From positions 3,041 through 67,040 of the forward strand of contig CAYTBK010000005.1 of assembly GCA_964436005.1 (NCBI GenBank): a stretch of DNA of 64,000 bases, read 5' to 3'. The DNA comes from an uncultured Acidobacteriota bacterium (lineage in GTDB: Bacteria; Acidobacteriota; JAAYUB01). The translations under genes and the position numbers were made by a program. Under the pieces are notes generated by a model, which did not search any database, had not been told where the DNA came from, and saw only the letters and a program-made list of their open reading frames with translations. This document shows, piece after piece, positions 8,315-19,800 of the stretch (positions are counted from its first letter, which is position 1; each line of letters opens with the position of its first letter).

Positions 8315-8998
8315 ATGAAGAAAGGCAGTCCAGGGAAAGAGAAAGCGAAGTCCGGCAAGCCCGCCGAAGCCAGGAAGGGTGGTGCCCCCCGGGGGGCGTC
8401 GAAGAAGGACCATGATCGCAAGGCATTGAACGCCATGGATATCGTAATCGCGGCGATGTTCGTCGGCGGGCTGATCTTCGCCATCGTGGCCTTTTCCATG
8501 GCCCGCCTGCCGCTGAAGGATTCCTTCGTCCTCTGGCCCCTGTGCATCGGCGGGGCCGTGGGCGCCGTCGCCGGGCTGGTGACCTGGAAGATCACGCACT
8601 TCGAGTCGATGGCGTTCATGGCCGTGGTCATGCTTCTGGGCGGAGCCTCCATCTCCATCGGGACGGTGCTCGCCCTCAACCGGCCGCTCGACCGTTCCCA
8701 GGGCGAGGTCCGGAAGCTCAAAGTGGCCTACCGGCACTCTTCCGGCACCGATGAGCACAAAAAGTACTTCGCCGACATCGACCCGGACGAGAAATTCCCC
8801 GTGAAGACCATCGAGGTGGAAAAAGAGGTGTACGACAGCCTGTCCACCGACACCCCCGGGGACGATTTCATCCGCGTCCGCATCCGTCCCGGCTTCTTCG
8901 GTTTCGCCTATTTGGAGGAGGTTCTCCAGGCGGAGGCGGCCCCGAAGGGAGAGACGCCGAAATTCCAGCCGCCGGCGGAGCGCCTGCCGGTCCAGTGA
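8315..8998 (+). CDS. hypothetical membrane protein (K-rich N-terminus, 3-4 TM helices)
   Basis: SD agggag; hydrophobic segments. Confidence 0.6.
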   Translation: MKKGSPGKEKAKSGKPAEARKGGAPRGASKKDHDRKALNAMDIVIAAMFVGGLIFAIVAFSMARLPLKDSFVLWPLCIGGAVGAVAGLVTWKITHFESMAFMAVVMLLGGASISIGTVLALNRPLDRSQGEVRKLKVAYRHSSGTDEHKKYFADIDPDEKFPVKTIEVEKEVYDSLSTDTPGDDFIRVRIRPGFFGFAYLEEVLQAEAAPKGETPKFQPPAERLPVQ

Positions 8999-9492
8999 TG
9001 AGCGTCGTCGGCCCCGGGCCCGCCGCCGGGGGTGACCCCGGCCGGGAAATGTTGCCTGCGCCGGCTGTCGCCGAAGCCGTCCGGGGTGTTCTGCCCGGCG
9101 TCATCCTTGTCGTCGCCGCCGTGGTGGTGGAGGACGGGCGCCTGCTGTTGGCCCGTCGGCGCGAGGGCGACCACCTGGCCGGCCACTGGGAATTTCCCGG
9201 CGGCAAGGTCGATCCCGGGGAGACGCCGCCGGCGGCCCTCGTGCGCGAGCTGGCCGAGGAACTGGGGGTCCGGGCGGAAACCGGGGCGCCGTTCCTCTTC
9301 TCCTGGTGGGAGTACCCGGAAAAGAGAGTCCTGATCCTGTTTTATCGTTGCCGCATCGCGGAAGGCGTCCCCGAGCCCGTGGAGTGCGCCGAGGTGGGCT
9401 GGTTCGGGCGGCCGGACCTGCCGGGACTGCTGGTTCCGGATGCCGACCGGGCCGCCCTGGAGGCGCTTTTGCCGGAACTCCGCGATCGTTGA
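8998..9492 (+). CDS. NUDIX hydrolase (MutT-like)
   Basis: Nudix box GHWEFPGGKVDPGETPPAALVRELAEELG; its ATG overlaps the upstream stop (TGATG). Confidence 0.8.
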   Translation: MSVVGPGPAAGGDPGREMLPAPAVAEAVRGVLPGVILVVAAVVVEDGRLLLARRREGDHLAGHWEFPGGKVDPGETPPAALVRELAEELGVRAETGAPFLFSWWEYPEKRVLILFYRCRIAEGVPEPVECAEVGWFGRPDLPGLLVPDADRAALEALLPELRDR

Positions 9493-9652
9493 GGGCGAAG
9501 TTTCCAATTCATCGCTTTCGGCGGGAGTCTGCCGCTCGCGCCGGCGCCCGTCCGGTTTCCGGGAGGTGTCTGTGGGATTCCACCGCCTGGTCCGCAGGTT
9601 CAAGGAAGGCCTGGGCCGCTGCCGGGGGCGGGCCCGGGTGTCCCGTCGCGCC

Positions 9653-10009
9653 ATGGGCGAACCGGCCCGGCTGGGCTGGGAAGGCGAGCGACTGGCCTAC
9701 CGGCTGCTCGTGCAGGAAGGGTACGACGTGCTGCTGCGGAACTGGCGGGCCCCTTTCGGGGAAGTGGACCTCATCGCCCGGCGCGACGGCGCGGTGCACT
9801 TCGTGGAAGTGAAGACCCGGCGCCGGAACCCCGACTTCCGGCCGGAGCGGCGCGTGGACGACGACAAGCAGGACCGCCTTCGCCAGCTGGCCCGCTACTT
9901 CCTCAAGATGAACGGCTGGACGGGCCTGGCCTGCCGCTTCCACGTGGTGTCCATCGAGGTGGGGGACGACCGCCGGGCGGAGGTCCGGTTAATCGCCAAC
10001 GCTTTCTGA
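9653..10009 (+). CDS. YraN family (UPF0102) endonuclease
   Basis: GERLAYRLLVQEGYDVLLRNWR...EVDLIAR...VHFVEVKTR; start uncertain (an alternative GTG lies near 9574). Confidence 0.7.
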   Translation: MGEPARLGWEGERLAYRLLVQEGYDVLLRNWRAPFGEVDLIARRDGAVHFVEVKTRRRNPDFRPERRVDDDKQDRLRQLARYFLKMNGWTGLACRFHVVSIEVGDDRRAEVRLIANAF

Positions 10010-13000
10010 GGAAGGGGGCTCCAGGGGGATCTGGAAACGGAACACGCTTCCCCCGTCGGCCCCTTTTTCGGCCCATATCCGGCCGTGATGGTGCTCCACG
10101 ATCTGCCGGCTGATGGAGAGGCCCAGGCCGGTGCCCCTGGGCCGGTCGGTCAGCGAGTCGCCCACCTGGAAGAACTTGTCGAAAATATTGTTGACGTGGT
10201 CGGGGTGGACGCCGATGCCCGTGTCGCGAACCTCGAACAGCACGCCGTCGTCCAGCCGGCCGGCCTGAAGGCGAATCTGCCCCTCCTCGGTGAACTTGAT
10301 GGCGTTGGAGAGCAGGTTCAGGATGACCTGCAGGATCCGGTTCCGGTCGCACACGAGCGGCGGCAGGGCCGGCGCGGTCTCGACGACGATCCGCAGGTTC
10401 TTCTGGGCGGCCAGCGGTTCCATGGTCGCCGCGCTCTGGTCCAGCAGTTCCCGGATGTCCACCTCTTCCCGCTTCCAGTCCACCTTGCCGGCCTCCAGCT
10501 TGGCGATGTCGAGCAGGTCGTTGATGAGGTTGGTCAGCCGTTCCCCCTCGTCGACGATGATCTTCATGTTCTGCAGGACCTGGTCGCGGGTCTTGTCCGG
10601 TCCGCTGTCCGGGGTGGGCAGGACGGCGGCCGACTCCAGCTTCTTCAGGGTGATCCGGGCGAAGCCGACCACCGAGGTGAGGGGCGTGCGCAGTTCGTGG
10701 GAAGCGATGTTGAGGAAGTCCGTCTTCATGGCGTCGATCTCGCGGAGGCGCTCCAGCGAACGCTGCAGCATCTCCCCTTCCAGCTTGCGGTAGTTGGCGG
10801 TCATCCGCATGCGCACCAGGACGAAAACCGCTCCTGCGCCCAGGGTCAGGTAGAGGGCCAGGGCCCACCAGGCCCGCCACCAGGGGGGGGTGATGACGAT
10901 GCGGAGGCGGGCCGGTCGGTTGCACCGGATGCCGTCGTTGTTGGCTCCCTCCACGAGGAAGACGTATTCGCCGGGCGAAAGGTTGCCGTAGGTGGCGTAG
11001 CGCCGGTTCCCCGCCGACACCCAGTCGTTGTCCACCCCTTCCATCCTGTAGCGGTACCGGTTCCGTTCCGGGCACTGGAAGTTCAGGGCGGCGAACTCGA
11101 AGGTGATCACGTTCTCGTCGTGGTTCAGGGTTATGCTGTCGATGTATTCGGGCTGCTGGCCGGCCGCGGTTCCCGGTCGGGCCGTCAGGGGTTCGTTGAG
11201 CACGCGGATGCCCGTGAAGCGGACCGGCGGCCGGAAGGTGTTGGGCCGGATCTTGTCCGGCCAGAAGCAGTTCGTGCCGTGGGTGCCGCCGAAGTAGAGG
11301 CAGCCTGAGCGGCCCCGGCAGTAGGCGCCCTGGTTGAACTCGTCGGACTGGAGCCCGTCGGCCTTGCCGAAATTCCAGAAGGCGCCCGAATCGGGGTTGA
11401 AGCGGGAGAGACCCCCGTTCGTGCTGAGCCACAGGAAGCCCGCGTCGTCGGGGATGATTCCGTGCACGGTGTTGGCGGGCAGGCCGTCTTCGATGCTGTA
11501 CAGCTCCCAGCGGCCGCTTCGCGGATCGAACCGGCTCAACCCCATGTCGCTGCCGACCCAGAGTATCCCGTGGCGGTCGAAGCGGAGGCAGCGGATGCCG
11601 CTGCACGGCGGCCCCTGCTTGCCGGAACGGTCGGCCCGGATCAGCGAGGCCCGGCCGGACGAGGGGTCCAGCCTGGCCAGGCCGCCGCCCAGTCCGCCGA
11701 CCCAGATCGCGCCGTCCTCGGACTGGGTGATGGCCCGCACTACCTCCCGTTCCGGCGATTTGTCCGGCAGCCGGTACTGGTGGACCCGTTCCGTTTCCGG
11801 ATCGAGCCATTTCAGCCCGTTTTCGGTGCCGGCCCACAGCGTCCCGTCCCGGCTGGCGAAAACGGTTCGGCAGGTTTCGTCCAGCCGCGAGGGTTGCCCG
11901 GCGGGAGAGAGGGCGAAGTGGCGAAACCGCCGGGTCGCCGGGTCGAGGCAGTCGAGCCCCCGGCCGTAGGTGGCGCACCAGAGGCGCCCCGACCCGTCCG
12001 TTACGAGGCCCCAGACCCCGTCGACGGACAGGGAGTGGGGGTTTTTCGGGTCGTGCCGGTATTGTTCCACCTCGCCCGTCCGGGGGTCGCAGCAGAAGAT
12101 GCCCTGTGAAAGGGTGCCGATCCATATTTTTCCCTGGGGATCCTCGACGATAAACATCACGAAGGCCTGGCCGAACCGGGAGTCGTCGGCGGGGAAAGCG
12201 CCGAGGTTGCGAAAGGCGTTCTGGCGATCGGAAAGGGTGCAGAGGCCGTTCATGGTGCCGATCCAGATCAGCCCGCTCCGGTCCCGGCAGAGACAGTCGA
12301 TGATGTCGAAGGGCAGGCTGGCGCTGTCCTGCGGGTCGTTGACGGCCCGCCGCAGGCTGCCGTCCCGGCTGTTCCAGAGCAGGAGGCCGCTCCCGCTGGT
12401 GCCGATCAGCAACTGGTCGGCATCCTTCCACAACAGGGCCTGGATTCCCGGCCGCGCCGTTTCGCCCAGCAGCGGTTGCGCCAGCCCGACGAACCGCAGG
12501 CGTACCGGGTCCAGCGTGAACAGCCCCTGCTGCGTTCCGATCCAAAGGAGGCCCTTGCCTTCGCCGAGGTGGAGGATCCCGTTCGGCGTGCCCCGGCCGC
12601 CGGGTGTTCCGGGGGCCGGGAAAAAGCGGCGGACCTTCCCCGTGGACGGGTCCAGCCGGTTCAGGCCGTTCTCCGTGCCGATCCACACGAATCTCCGGGA
12701 GTCCCGGAGGAGAAAGGTGACGCTGCCGTTGCTCAGGTCTGTGCCGGACGGCCCGGCGACGAGCCGGCGAAGGATTTTCCCGTCGCCGGTGACCAGGTAC
12801 AGCCCGACGTTTGTGCCGACCCAGAGGGTGCCGCCGGGCTCCCGCAGCAGGGCGGCTACCCGGGCACGGGGAAGGCCCGCGGAGGCGGGGCCGGCTTTCG
12901 GGAAACGGCGGAAGGTCTGGGTCCGCGGGTCCATGGCGGCCAGGCCGCCTTCCGTGCCGACCCAGAGGGTGCCGTCCTCCCCCTCGCACAGGGCGTTGAT

Positions 13001-13273
13001 CCAGTCGCTGGGCAGCGAATCGGGGGAGCGGGGCTTCATGCGAAAAACCTTGAAGGAATAGCCGTCGAAACGGTTCAGCCCGTCGTAGGTGCCGAACCAC
13101 ATGAACCCCTGGCGGTCCTGCAGGGAGGTGAGGATGGAGTTCTGCGACAGGCCGCTGGGATAGCGGCTGAAATGGACCCCGGCCGACAGCACGCCGTTCG
13201 GGGGCGGGGCTGTCAGGCTCCAGAGGCCCGGCACGAGAGACATCAAGGCTGCCAGGAAGAAGGCCTTTCGCAT
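9989..13273 (-). CDS. sensor histidine kinase with periplasmic two-component-regulator beta-propeller/Y_Y_Y domains
   Basis: Repeated propeller blades (GTxxGLxxxD), TM helix, HisKA motif ASHELRTPL, HATPase motifs DTGIGV and GTGLGLSI; signal/TM at the chosen ATG; the ORF extends to 13399. Confidence 0.8.
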   Translation of the reverse strand: MRKAFFLAALMSLVPGLWSLTAPPPNGVLSAGVHFSRYPSGLSQNSILTSLQDRQGFMWFGTYDGLNRFDGYSFKVFRMKPRSPDSLPSDWINALCEGEDGTLWVGTEGGLAAMDPRTQTFRRFPKAGPASAGLPRARVAALLREPGGTLWVGTNVGLYLVTGDGKILRRLVAGPSGTDLSNGSVTFLLRDSRRFVWIGTENGLNRLDPSTGKVRRFFPAPGTPGGRGTPNGILHLGEGKGLLWIGTQQGLFTLDPVRLRFVGLAQPLLGETARPGIQALLWKDADQLLIGTSGSGLLLWNSRDGSLRRAVNDPQDSASLPFDIIDCLCRDRSGLIWIGTMNGLCTLSDRQNAFRNLGAFPADDSRFGQAFVMFIVEDPQGKIWIGTLSQGIFCCDPRTGEVEQYRHDPKNPHSLSVDGVWGLVTDGSGRLWCATYGRGLDCLDPATRRFRHFALSPAGQPSRLDETCRTVFASRDGTLWAGTENGLKWLDPETERVHQYRLPDKSPEREVVRAITQSEDGAIWVGGLGGGLARLDPSSGRASLIRADRSGKQGPPCSGIRCLRFDRHGILWVGSDMGLSRFDPRSGRWELYSIEDGLPANTVHGIIPDDAGFLWLSTNGGLSRFNPDSGAFWNFGKADGLQSDEFNQGAYCRGRSGCLYFGGTHGTNCFWPDKIRPNTFRPPVRFTGIRVLNEPLTARPGTAAGQQPEYIDSITLNHDENVITFEFAALNFQCPERNRYRYRMEGVDNDWVSAGNRRYATYGNLSPGEYVFLVEGANNDGIRCNRPARLRIVITPPWWRAWWALALYLTLGAGAVFVLVRMRMTANYRKLEGEMLQRSLERLREIDAMKTDFLNIASHELRTPLTSVVGFARITLKKLESAAVLPTPDSGPDKTRDQVLQNMKIIVDEGERLTNLINDLLDIAKLEAGKVDWKREEVDIRELLDQSAATMEPLAAQKNLRIVVETAPALPPLVCDRNRILQVILNLLSNAIKFTEEGQIRLQAGRLDDGVLFEVRDTGIGVHPDHVNNIFDKFFQVGDSLTDRPRGTGLGLSISRQIVEHHHGRIWAEKGADGGSVFRFQIPLEPPSSESVGD

Positions 13274-13425
13274 GGCGGTATTTTTCCACACCCCGAGGGG
13301 GAAATCAAGACGGCCCGACGGGGTCTTGTTCAGGAAAACGCTTCCCCGGACCGGGCCTTTGGCGGATAATGAATCCGGGACCGCGACCAGGGAAGACACC
13401 GGCGGTGCAGGGCGGAGGCGGACAG

Positions 13426-13740
13426 ATGGCCATCACGCGGACGGAGCGGGAGGAAGGGGTCGACACGGTGGAGCGGGAAGCCACGGAGGCGCCGCGGCAT
13501 TTCCACGTCATCCTCCACAACGACAACTATACGACCATGGATTGCGTCGTGGAGATCCTGGAGTCCATTTTCCACCACCCGCACCCCGCGGCGGTGCAGA
13601 TCATGCTGCAGGTCCACCGGAACGGCGCGGGGATCGCCGGCACCTATCCCAGGGACATCGCCGAAACCTTGCGGGATGAAGCCCGCGCTTTCGCCCGCGA
13701 ACGCGGCTACCCTTTGATGCTGACCGTGGAACCGGCGTGA
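13426..13740 (+). CDS. clpS: ATP-dependent Clp protease adaptor ClpS
   Basis: [24 protein letters not shown]; SD ggagg 7 nt upstream. Confidence 0.85.
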   Translation: MAITRTEREEGVDTVEREATEAPRHFHVILHNDNYTTMDCVVEILESIFHHPHPAAVQIMLQVHRNGAGIAGTYPRDIAETLRDEARAFARERGYPLMLTVEPA

Positions 13741-13767
13741 CCACGGCAGAAAAGAGCGGAACACAAC

Positions 13768-16074
13768 ATGGGACAACCGGAACTTGAATTCGCCATCCAG
13801 GCCGCCATCCGTGAAGCCCACCTGCGCGAACACGAGTTCGTGACGGTGGAGCACCTCCTCTACGCCCTCCTCTTCGAACCCGTGGCCCGGGAAGTCCTGG
13901 AACAGTGCGGCGCCGACCCCGTGGCCATGCAACTGGACCTGGAGGCCTATTTCGAAAAGGAAATCCCCCGGCTGGGCAAGGTCAAGGGGCGGGAACCCCG
14001 GCAGACCGTCGGCTTCCGGCGGGTGCTGGAGCGGGCGGTGATCCAGGTCCAGGCCAGCGAGCGGGAAGAGGAGATCAACGGCGCCGACGTGCTGGTGTCC
14101 ATCCGGGAGGAGCAGGACGCGCACGCGGCCTGGCTGCTGGACAAGCACGGGGTCGGGCGCATGGAGCTGCTGGAGTGCGTATCGCACGGCTCGTTCGGGA
14201 CGCACCGCAAGCGGGCGGCGCAGCCGGCCGGGGACGGGCGCGAGGCGCGCGCCGAGTCGCCCCAGACCGCGGTTCGGAAATATGTGGTCAACCTGACCGG
14301 CCTGGCCCGGGAGGGAAAGCTGGACCCGCTGGTGGGGCGGGAGCGGGAGCTCCGGCGCATGCAGCAGGTCCTCTGCCGCCGGACAAAGAACAACCCGGTG
14401 CTGGTGGGGGAGGCCGGGGTGGGGAAATCGGCCATCGTGGAAGGCTTCGCCCAGGCCGTGGCCGCCGGGAAGGTCGCCGACATCCTGGAGGGGAGCGAGG
14501 TGCTCGCCCTGGACCTGGCCGCCATGGTGGCCGGAACGAAGTACCGCGGCCAGTTCGAGGAACGGATGAAGTCGGTGCTCGACGCCCTGAAGAAGATGGG
14601 CCAGGTCATCCTGTTCATCGACGAGATTCACATGATCGCCGGCGCCGGGGCGGCGACGGGCAACTCCATGGACGCCGCCAACCTGCTGAAGCCGTTCCTG
14701 CAGCGGGGGGACCTCCGGTGCATCGGCGCGACCACCTACGAGGACTTCCGGACCCTGGAAAAGGACCGGGCCCTGGTGCGGCGGCTGCAGAAGATCGACA
14801 TCGCCCCTTCCTCGGTGGACGAGACCGTCGTCATCCTGGAGGGGCTGCAGGAACGCTTCGAGGCCCACCACACCGTGCACTACGAGCGGGAGGCCCTCTC
14901 GGCCGCGGCGGAATTGTCCGACCGCTTCCTGCACGAGCGCTGGCTGCCCGACAAGGCCATCGATCTCCTGGACGAGGCGGGGGCCGAGAACCGGCTCAAC
15001 CCGCCCGAGTCGCGCAAGCAGACCCTGGGCCGGGCCGACATCGTGTCCGTGCTGGCCAAGGTGGCCAACATCCCCGACCTGGAAGCCGGGCGGAGCGAGA
15101 AGGACCGCCTGGCCACGCTGGAGAACGATCTGCGCAAGGTTGTCTTCGGCCAGGACGAGGCGATCCGGGCGGTGTGCGAGGCCGTGAAGCTGTCGCGGGC
15201 CGGCTTGACCGCCCACGACCAGCCGGTGGGGTCCTTCCTCTTCGTGGGGCCGTCCGGGGTGGGGAAGACGGAGCTGGCGCGGCAGCTGGCCTCCATCCTG
15301 GGCATCGCTTTCCTCCGTTTCGACATGAGCGAGTTCATGGAGAAGCACGCGGTGTCCCGGCTCATCGGCGCGCCTCCGGGGTACGTCGGCTTTGAGCAGG
15401 GGGGGCTGCTGACCGCGGCGGTGCGCAAGACGCCGAGCTGCGTCCTGCTGCTGGACGAAATCGAAAAGGCCCACCCCGACCTCTTCGACATCCTGCTGCA
15501 GGTCATGGACCACGCGGCCCTCACCGACCACAACGGCCGGACGTCCGACTTCCGCAACGTGGTGCTGGTCATGACCAGCAACGCCGGCACGCGCGACTTC
15601 AGCAGCCGGGGCATCGGCTTCCGCGAGGAGCGGCACCAGGGGAAGGTGCAGAAGGAAGTGGAGCGCCTGTTCAGCCCGGAGTTCCGCAACCGCCTTACCG
15701 GCGTGGTCCGTTTCGCGGCCCTGAGCCCTTCCGTGGCGGCCAGCATCGTCGACAAGTTCGTCGGCCAGTTGGAGGGACGCCTCCAGCCACGGGGGATTGC
15801 CCTGGCCATCACGCCGGCAGCGCGCGCCTGGTTCGCGGACCGCGGCGTGGACCCCGTGTACGGGGCCCGGCCCCTGCGACGGTTGATCCACGACCAGCTG
15901 CACCTGCGTCTGGCGGAGGAGATTCTCTTCGGCCGCCTGTCGGAAAGGAGCGGACGGGTGACGGTGGAGTTGACGGAAAAGGGCGAAATCGACCTCTCGA
16001 TTTCCACCGACGGCGAAAGCGGCGCCGGACCCGCTCCGGCGGGGGGGGGCTCGGATCCCGCCGGAAAAAACTGA
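13768..16074 (+). CDS. clpA: ATP-dependent Clp protease ATP-binding subunit ClpA
   Basis: Two AAA+ modules (GEAGVGKS, GPSGVGKT) and ClpA N-domain. Confidence 0.9.
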   Translation: MGQPELEFAIQAAIREAHLREHEFVTVEHLLYALLFEPVAREVLEQCGADPVAMQLDLEAYFEKEIPRLGKVKGREPRQTVGFRRVLERAVIQVQASEREEEINGADVLVSIREEQDAHAAWLLDKHGVGRMELLECVSHGSFGTHRKRAAQPAGDGREARAESPQTAVRKYVVNLTGLAREGKLDPLVGRERELRRMQQVLCRRTKNNPVLVGEAGVGKSAIVEGFAQAVAAGKVADILEGSEVLALDLAAMVAGTKYRGQFEERMKSVLDALKKMGQVILFIDEIHMIAGAGAATGNSMDAANLLKPFLQRGDLRCIGATTYEDFRTLEKDRALVRRLQKIDIAPSSVDETVVILEGLQERFEAHHTVHYEREALSAAAELSDRFLHERWLPDKAIDLLDEAGAENRLNPPESRKQTLGRADIVSVLAKVANIPDLEAGRSEKDRLATLENDLRKVVFGQDEAIRAVCEAVKLSRAGLTAHDQPVGSFLFVGPSGVGKTELARQLASILGIAFLRFDMSEFMEKHAVSRLIGAPPGYVGFEQGGLLTAAVRKTPSCVLLLDEIEKAHPDLFDILLQVMDHAALTDHNGRTSDFRNVVLVMTSNAGTRDFSSRGIGFREERHQGKVQKEVERLFSPEFRNRLTGVVRFAALSPSVAASIVDKFVGQLEGRLQPRGIALAITPAARAWFADRGVDPVYGARPLRRLIHDQLHLRLAEEILFGRLSERSGRVTVELTEKGEIDLSISTDGESGAGPAPAGGGSDPAGKN

Positions 16075-16077
16075 CGA

Positions 16078-16506
16078 ATGGACCCGGAGGTGCCGATGGA
16101 ACCGTTGCGCTGGGATTTCTCACCGGAAATGTTCCGGGAGGTGGAGAAACTGTGGATCGAAACCGGCGTCGGCCGTCCGGAGCGCGGGGACGACTGCGCC
16201 CAGGTGGAGCGTACGCTGGCCGCCGGCGGCCGTCTGGTCACCCAGTGGGAAGGGGATCGGTTGCTGGGCGTGGCCTGGGTGACGCACGATTCCCGGCGGG
16301 CGTATGTCCATCACATGGCGGTCCGTCCGGACTGCCAGAACCGAGGCATCGGCCGGCGCCTCCTGGCAGCCGCCGTCGAGGCGGCCGGGGAACTGGGGCT
16401 CCAGGCCAAGCTGGAGGTGCACGTCGACAATGCGGGGGCCCGCAAGATTTACGAGGAGGCCGGCTTCCGGCCGCTCGAGGGCTACATTTCCATGATCCGT
16501 CGCTGA
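16078..16506 (+). CDS. GNAT family N-acetyltransferase
   Basis: QNRGIGRRLL and ARKIYEEAGF motifs. Confidence 0.75.
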   Translation: MDPEVPMEPLRWDFSPEMFREVEKLWIETGVGRPERGDDCAQVERTLAAGGRLVTQWEGDRLLGVAWVTHDSRRAYVHHMAVRPDCQNRGIGRRLLAAAVEAAGELGLQAKLEVHVDNAGARKIYEEAGFRPLEGYISMIRR

Positions 16507-16534
16507 GGGGGGATGGTCCGCTCCCGGACCGCGG

Positions 16535-16756
16535 CTAGGCGTAAATGTCGATGGTCTGCTCTCCCTGGGCCAGGGCGGGCGTCTGTTCCGCCATCATCTG
16601 GACCAGCGCGGCGACTTCCGCTTCCTGGATGTTCAGGCTCGCTTTCAGCGCACCCATGCCGACGGCCTGCAGGACATTGCTGCTGGACTCGAGGGAAGGG
16701 CTCTGGGCCAACGCCGTCACGCTGCTGAGGTCCACGCTCCACCTTCCTTCCGACAT
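16535..16756 (-). CDS. YjfB-family putative motility protein (small)
   Basis: 73 aa with LSSVTALAQS...ALKASLNIQEAEVAALVQMM pattern resembling PF14070; a GCCGATAT sigma28-like -10 lies ~26 nt upstream on the minus strand. Confidence 0.45.
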   Translation of the reverse strand: MSEGRWSVDLSSVTALAQSPSLESSSNVLQAVGMGALKASLNIQEAEVAALVQMMAEQTPALAQGEQTIDIYA

Positions 16757-16896
16757 CTCGACCTTCGTCGACGTGTTGGAATATCGGCAATCCGGAGAAA
16801 ATCATGAGTGATGGCCGTCACACCCGGCAAAAACGGCGGAAAACATCCCCACCGGCAGACTGCCACCTGGCCTGACCCGAAGATTGCCGCCGGGCG

Positions 16897-19800
16897 TCAA
16901 AGCGCCTGCCGTCTCTTCTTCCCTTTGCTTTTCGACTTGCTGCCGGTGGCCTTGACTGGCTTTTTCTTGTGGACGCTCTGCTTCTTCTGTTTCGTGCTGG
17001 CCTTGTGGACGTGACGGGAAGGCCTGGGGGAAGGCTTCTGCTTCTTCACGGCCGGCCGGGGGGCGGCCGGCTTGTCCTTCGCCACGGCGGGGGCTGGCCC
17101 GGACGGGGGCTCCGCTGCCGGCGTGGGTTCCACGGCCACCGGCCGGGCCGGGAACAGGGCGCCGTCGCGCATGGCCGTGAGCAGGTCGCGGGCGGCGGGG
17201 GCCGCGGCCCGGCCGCCGTAACCGCTGTTCTCGAGGAGGAAGGCGAAGGCGACCGGGGCCCCGGGCTCGGGCCGGTCTGCCGGAGTGGCCGGCGGGGCAT
17301 CGGCCCCGGCGGACTTCCCCGCCGTCGGCCGCTCCGGCTTCTCCGGACGAATGTATTTCCCCGGGTCGGGCGGCGGGTCGGCGAACCCGATGAACCAGGC
17401 GTGGGATCGGCCGTCCCCCGATGCCGTCTGCGCTGTGCCGGTCTTCCCCCCCGTCACCAGGCCCTCCACCGCCGCCTGCCGACCGGTCCCGGACACGGTG
17501 ACGCTGACCATCCAGCTGCGCAGCTGGCGGGCGGCTTCTTCGGGGAGCAACGTAGCCAGATGGCCGGGTTTCGGCTCTTCCGGGTAGAGGGTGAGCCCCG
17601 GGACGACGCGGCGGCCGTCGTTGCGCACCATGGCCGCCACGGCGGCCATTTCCATGGGGGTCACGGCGACGAGGGCCTGGCCGTAGGCGTTGTCGGGCAG
17701 ATTCACGTCCATGGCGGCGGCGTTTGGAATGGCCGGCAACGTCAGTCCCAATTCTTTCTTGCAGAAGGAGAAGAAGTCGGGGGCGCCGACGCGGGTGCCC
17801 AGCCAGGCGAAGTACACGTTGCACGATTCGATCAGGGCCCTCGGCATGGCGATGCGTCCGTGCGCCGATTCCGTTTCGTCGTCGGTGACGCTGCGTTTGT
17901 GCAGGATTCGGTCGTATGTCCAGGGGATGACGTTCTTGTGCCGGCAGTCGATGGTTTCGGCATTCGGGGACAGGCCTTTCCAGAGGGCCGCGGCGGCCGT
18001 GACCACCTTGAAGGTGGAGCCCGGCGGGTAGATCTCTTTTCGGCACCGGTCGGCGACCGGGCGTTCTCCCGGGCCGTAGATGGACTGGAGCAGGGCCGGC
18101 GTGGGCGGGATGTTCGGGTCGTATCCGGGGAGGCTGAGGCAGGCCAGGATGTCCCCGGTGAGGGCGTTCAGCACGACGGCGGCGCCTGCCGAGCGGCGGA
18201 CCCCGTCGAATTCGGGGAAATTGTTCTGCAGGGCCCGGGCGGCGGCCGCCTGGATGCGGATGTCGAGCGACAGACGCACGTCGCGGTCCTGGCGCAGGAT
18301 GTCCCCCAGCCGGCCGGCGGGGAACAGCGCCCGATCGCGAAACGGCCCGGCCAGGCCGGAATAGTCGGGCTTGACGATGCGCACGCCTCCCACCACCTCC
18401 ACGCGCTCGCTGTACGGATAGCCCCGGAGGTGGGTGTCGAACTTCTTCTCGACGGTGTCCTGGTCCGACCAGTAATCCTGCGTGCACCCCAGCAGGTGCA
18501 CCGTCAGCGGGCCGAAGGGCTGGACGCGCCGCCGCCCGTCGGCGGCGGGGGGGGATCCCCCCAGGGCGCGGACGAGAGGCGCCACTTCCTCCGCCTCGAG
18601 CGGATCGTTGAGCGCCAGCGGAACTCCGCGGCAGTCGCGGATCGCGCCGCGGGGGATGAGAGCAGCCAGTGTCGTCAGGCGACGGTTGCAGGCGTAGCGG
18701 CGCACGCCGTCCCCCTGGGGGACGAGGCACGGTTTGACCAGGATGGCGTCGGCGGAGGGCCCCATGATGACCCACGCCTTCCCCGCCGCCAGGATCAGGG
18801 CGGCGGCGATGACGGCCGGCACGACCAGGGCGGCGGCCGGCAGCCTGACCGGACGCGGTTCGCCGGGCGGGCGCCGGGAGGCGATGTTGATCATGAGGCC
18901 GATCAGGATGAACGTGGCGATGGTGGCGGATTTCCCATAGCCCAGCAGGGGGAAGGGGATCCCGGTCAGGGGAAGGATCCCCAGCGAGGCCGCCGAGATC
19001 ACCGCGGCCTGGACGCCGAAGAGGAGGGCGAGCCCGAAACCCAGCCCGGACGCGTAGGCGTGCCGCGCCTGGTAGGCGTGGTAGATCATCATGACGAAGA
19101 TCGCGGTGCTCCCGGCGAGCAGGAGAGCGACGGCCGGGAAGCCGAAGACCTCGCCGCAGGAGGCCAGGATCAGGTCGGTATGGCCGGCGGGGATGTAGTT
19201 GGGTGACGACAGGCCGGGGCCGCTGCCCGCTCGTCCTCCCGAGGCGAGGGCCCAGAGCGACTCCGCCAGCTGGACGCCGCCCGGGCGGTGGTTGTCCCAG
19301 GGGGAAAGCCACATCTCGATGCGGGTGGAAACCGTCTGGAACACGGAGTGACGATAGGCCAGCCAGAACGCGGTGGTGAGGACGGCCAGCCCGGCCAGGC
19401 CCAGCATGAGCCGCCTGGCGATGGAGGCGAAGAGGCAGACGAACACCAGGTACAGGACCATGGCGGGGCCCAGGTCCTTTTGCACGAAAAAGAAGGCCAG
19501 CGACGTGCACATGAAGATCGCCACCGGCAGGACGTCCCGGATCCTGGGAATGGAAAATGGGCCCAGGCGGAAGGCGTTCAGCGCCTTCAGTTCGTTCTCC
19601 CGGTCGCTCAGGTAGGCGGCCAGGAAAAGGACCACCATGAGCTTGATGAATTCCACGGGCTGGAAACCGAACAGGTTGATGCGGGTGTCGGTCCCCTCGG
19701 GGCCGGAACCGTACAGGATGAGCAGGAGCGACAGGCCGAGAGCGGACAGAATGGTGATGTATTTGAAATCTTCCAGCGTGGACAGCCTGATGAAGCCCGC

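Noticed and set aside
9903-13289. 1128-aa minus ORF in an alternative frame of the sensor kinase
   Set aside because: Pro/Arg/Gly-rich shadow frame; the 9989-13273 frame has the propeller, HisKA and HATPase motifs.
13330-16241. 857-aa and 453-aa minus-strand ORFs across clpA
   Set aside because: Antisense to ClpA, which has unambiguous AAA+ motifs on the + strand.
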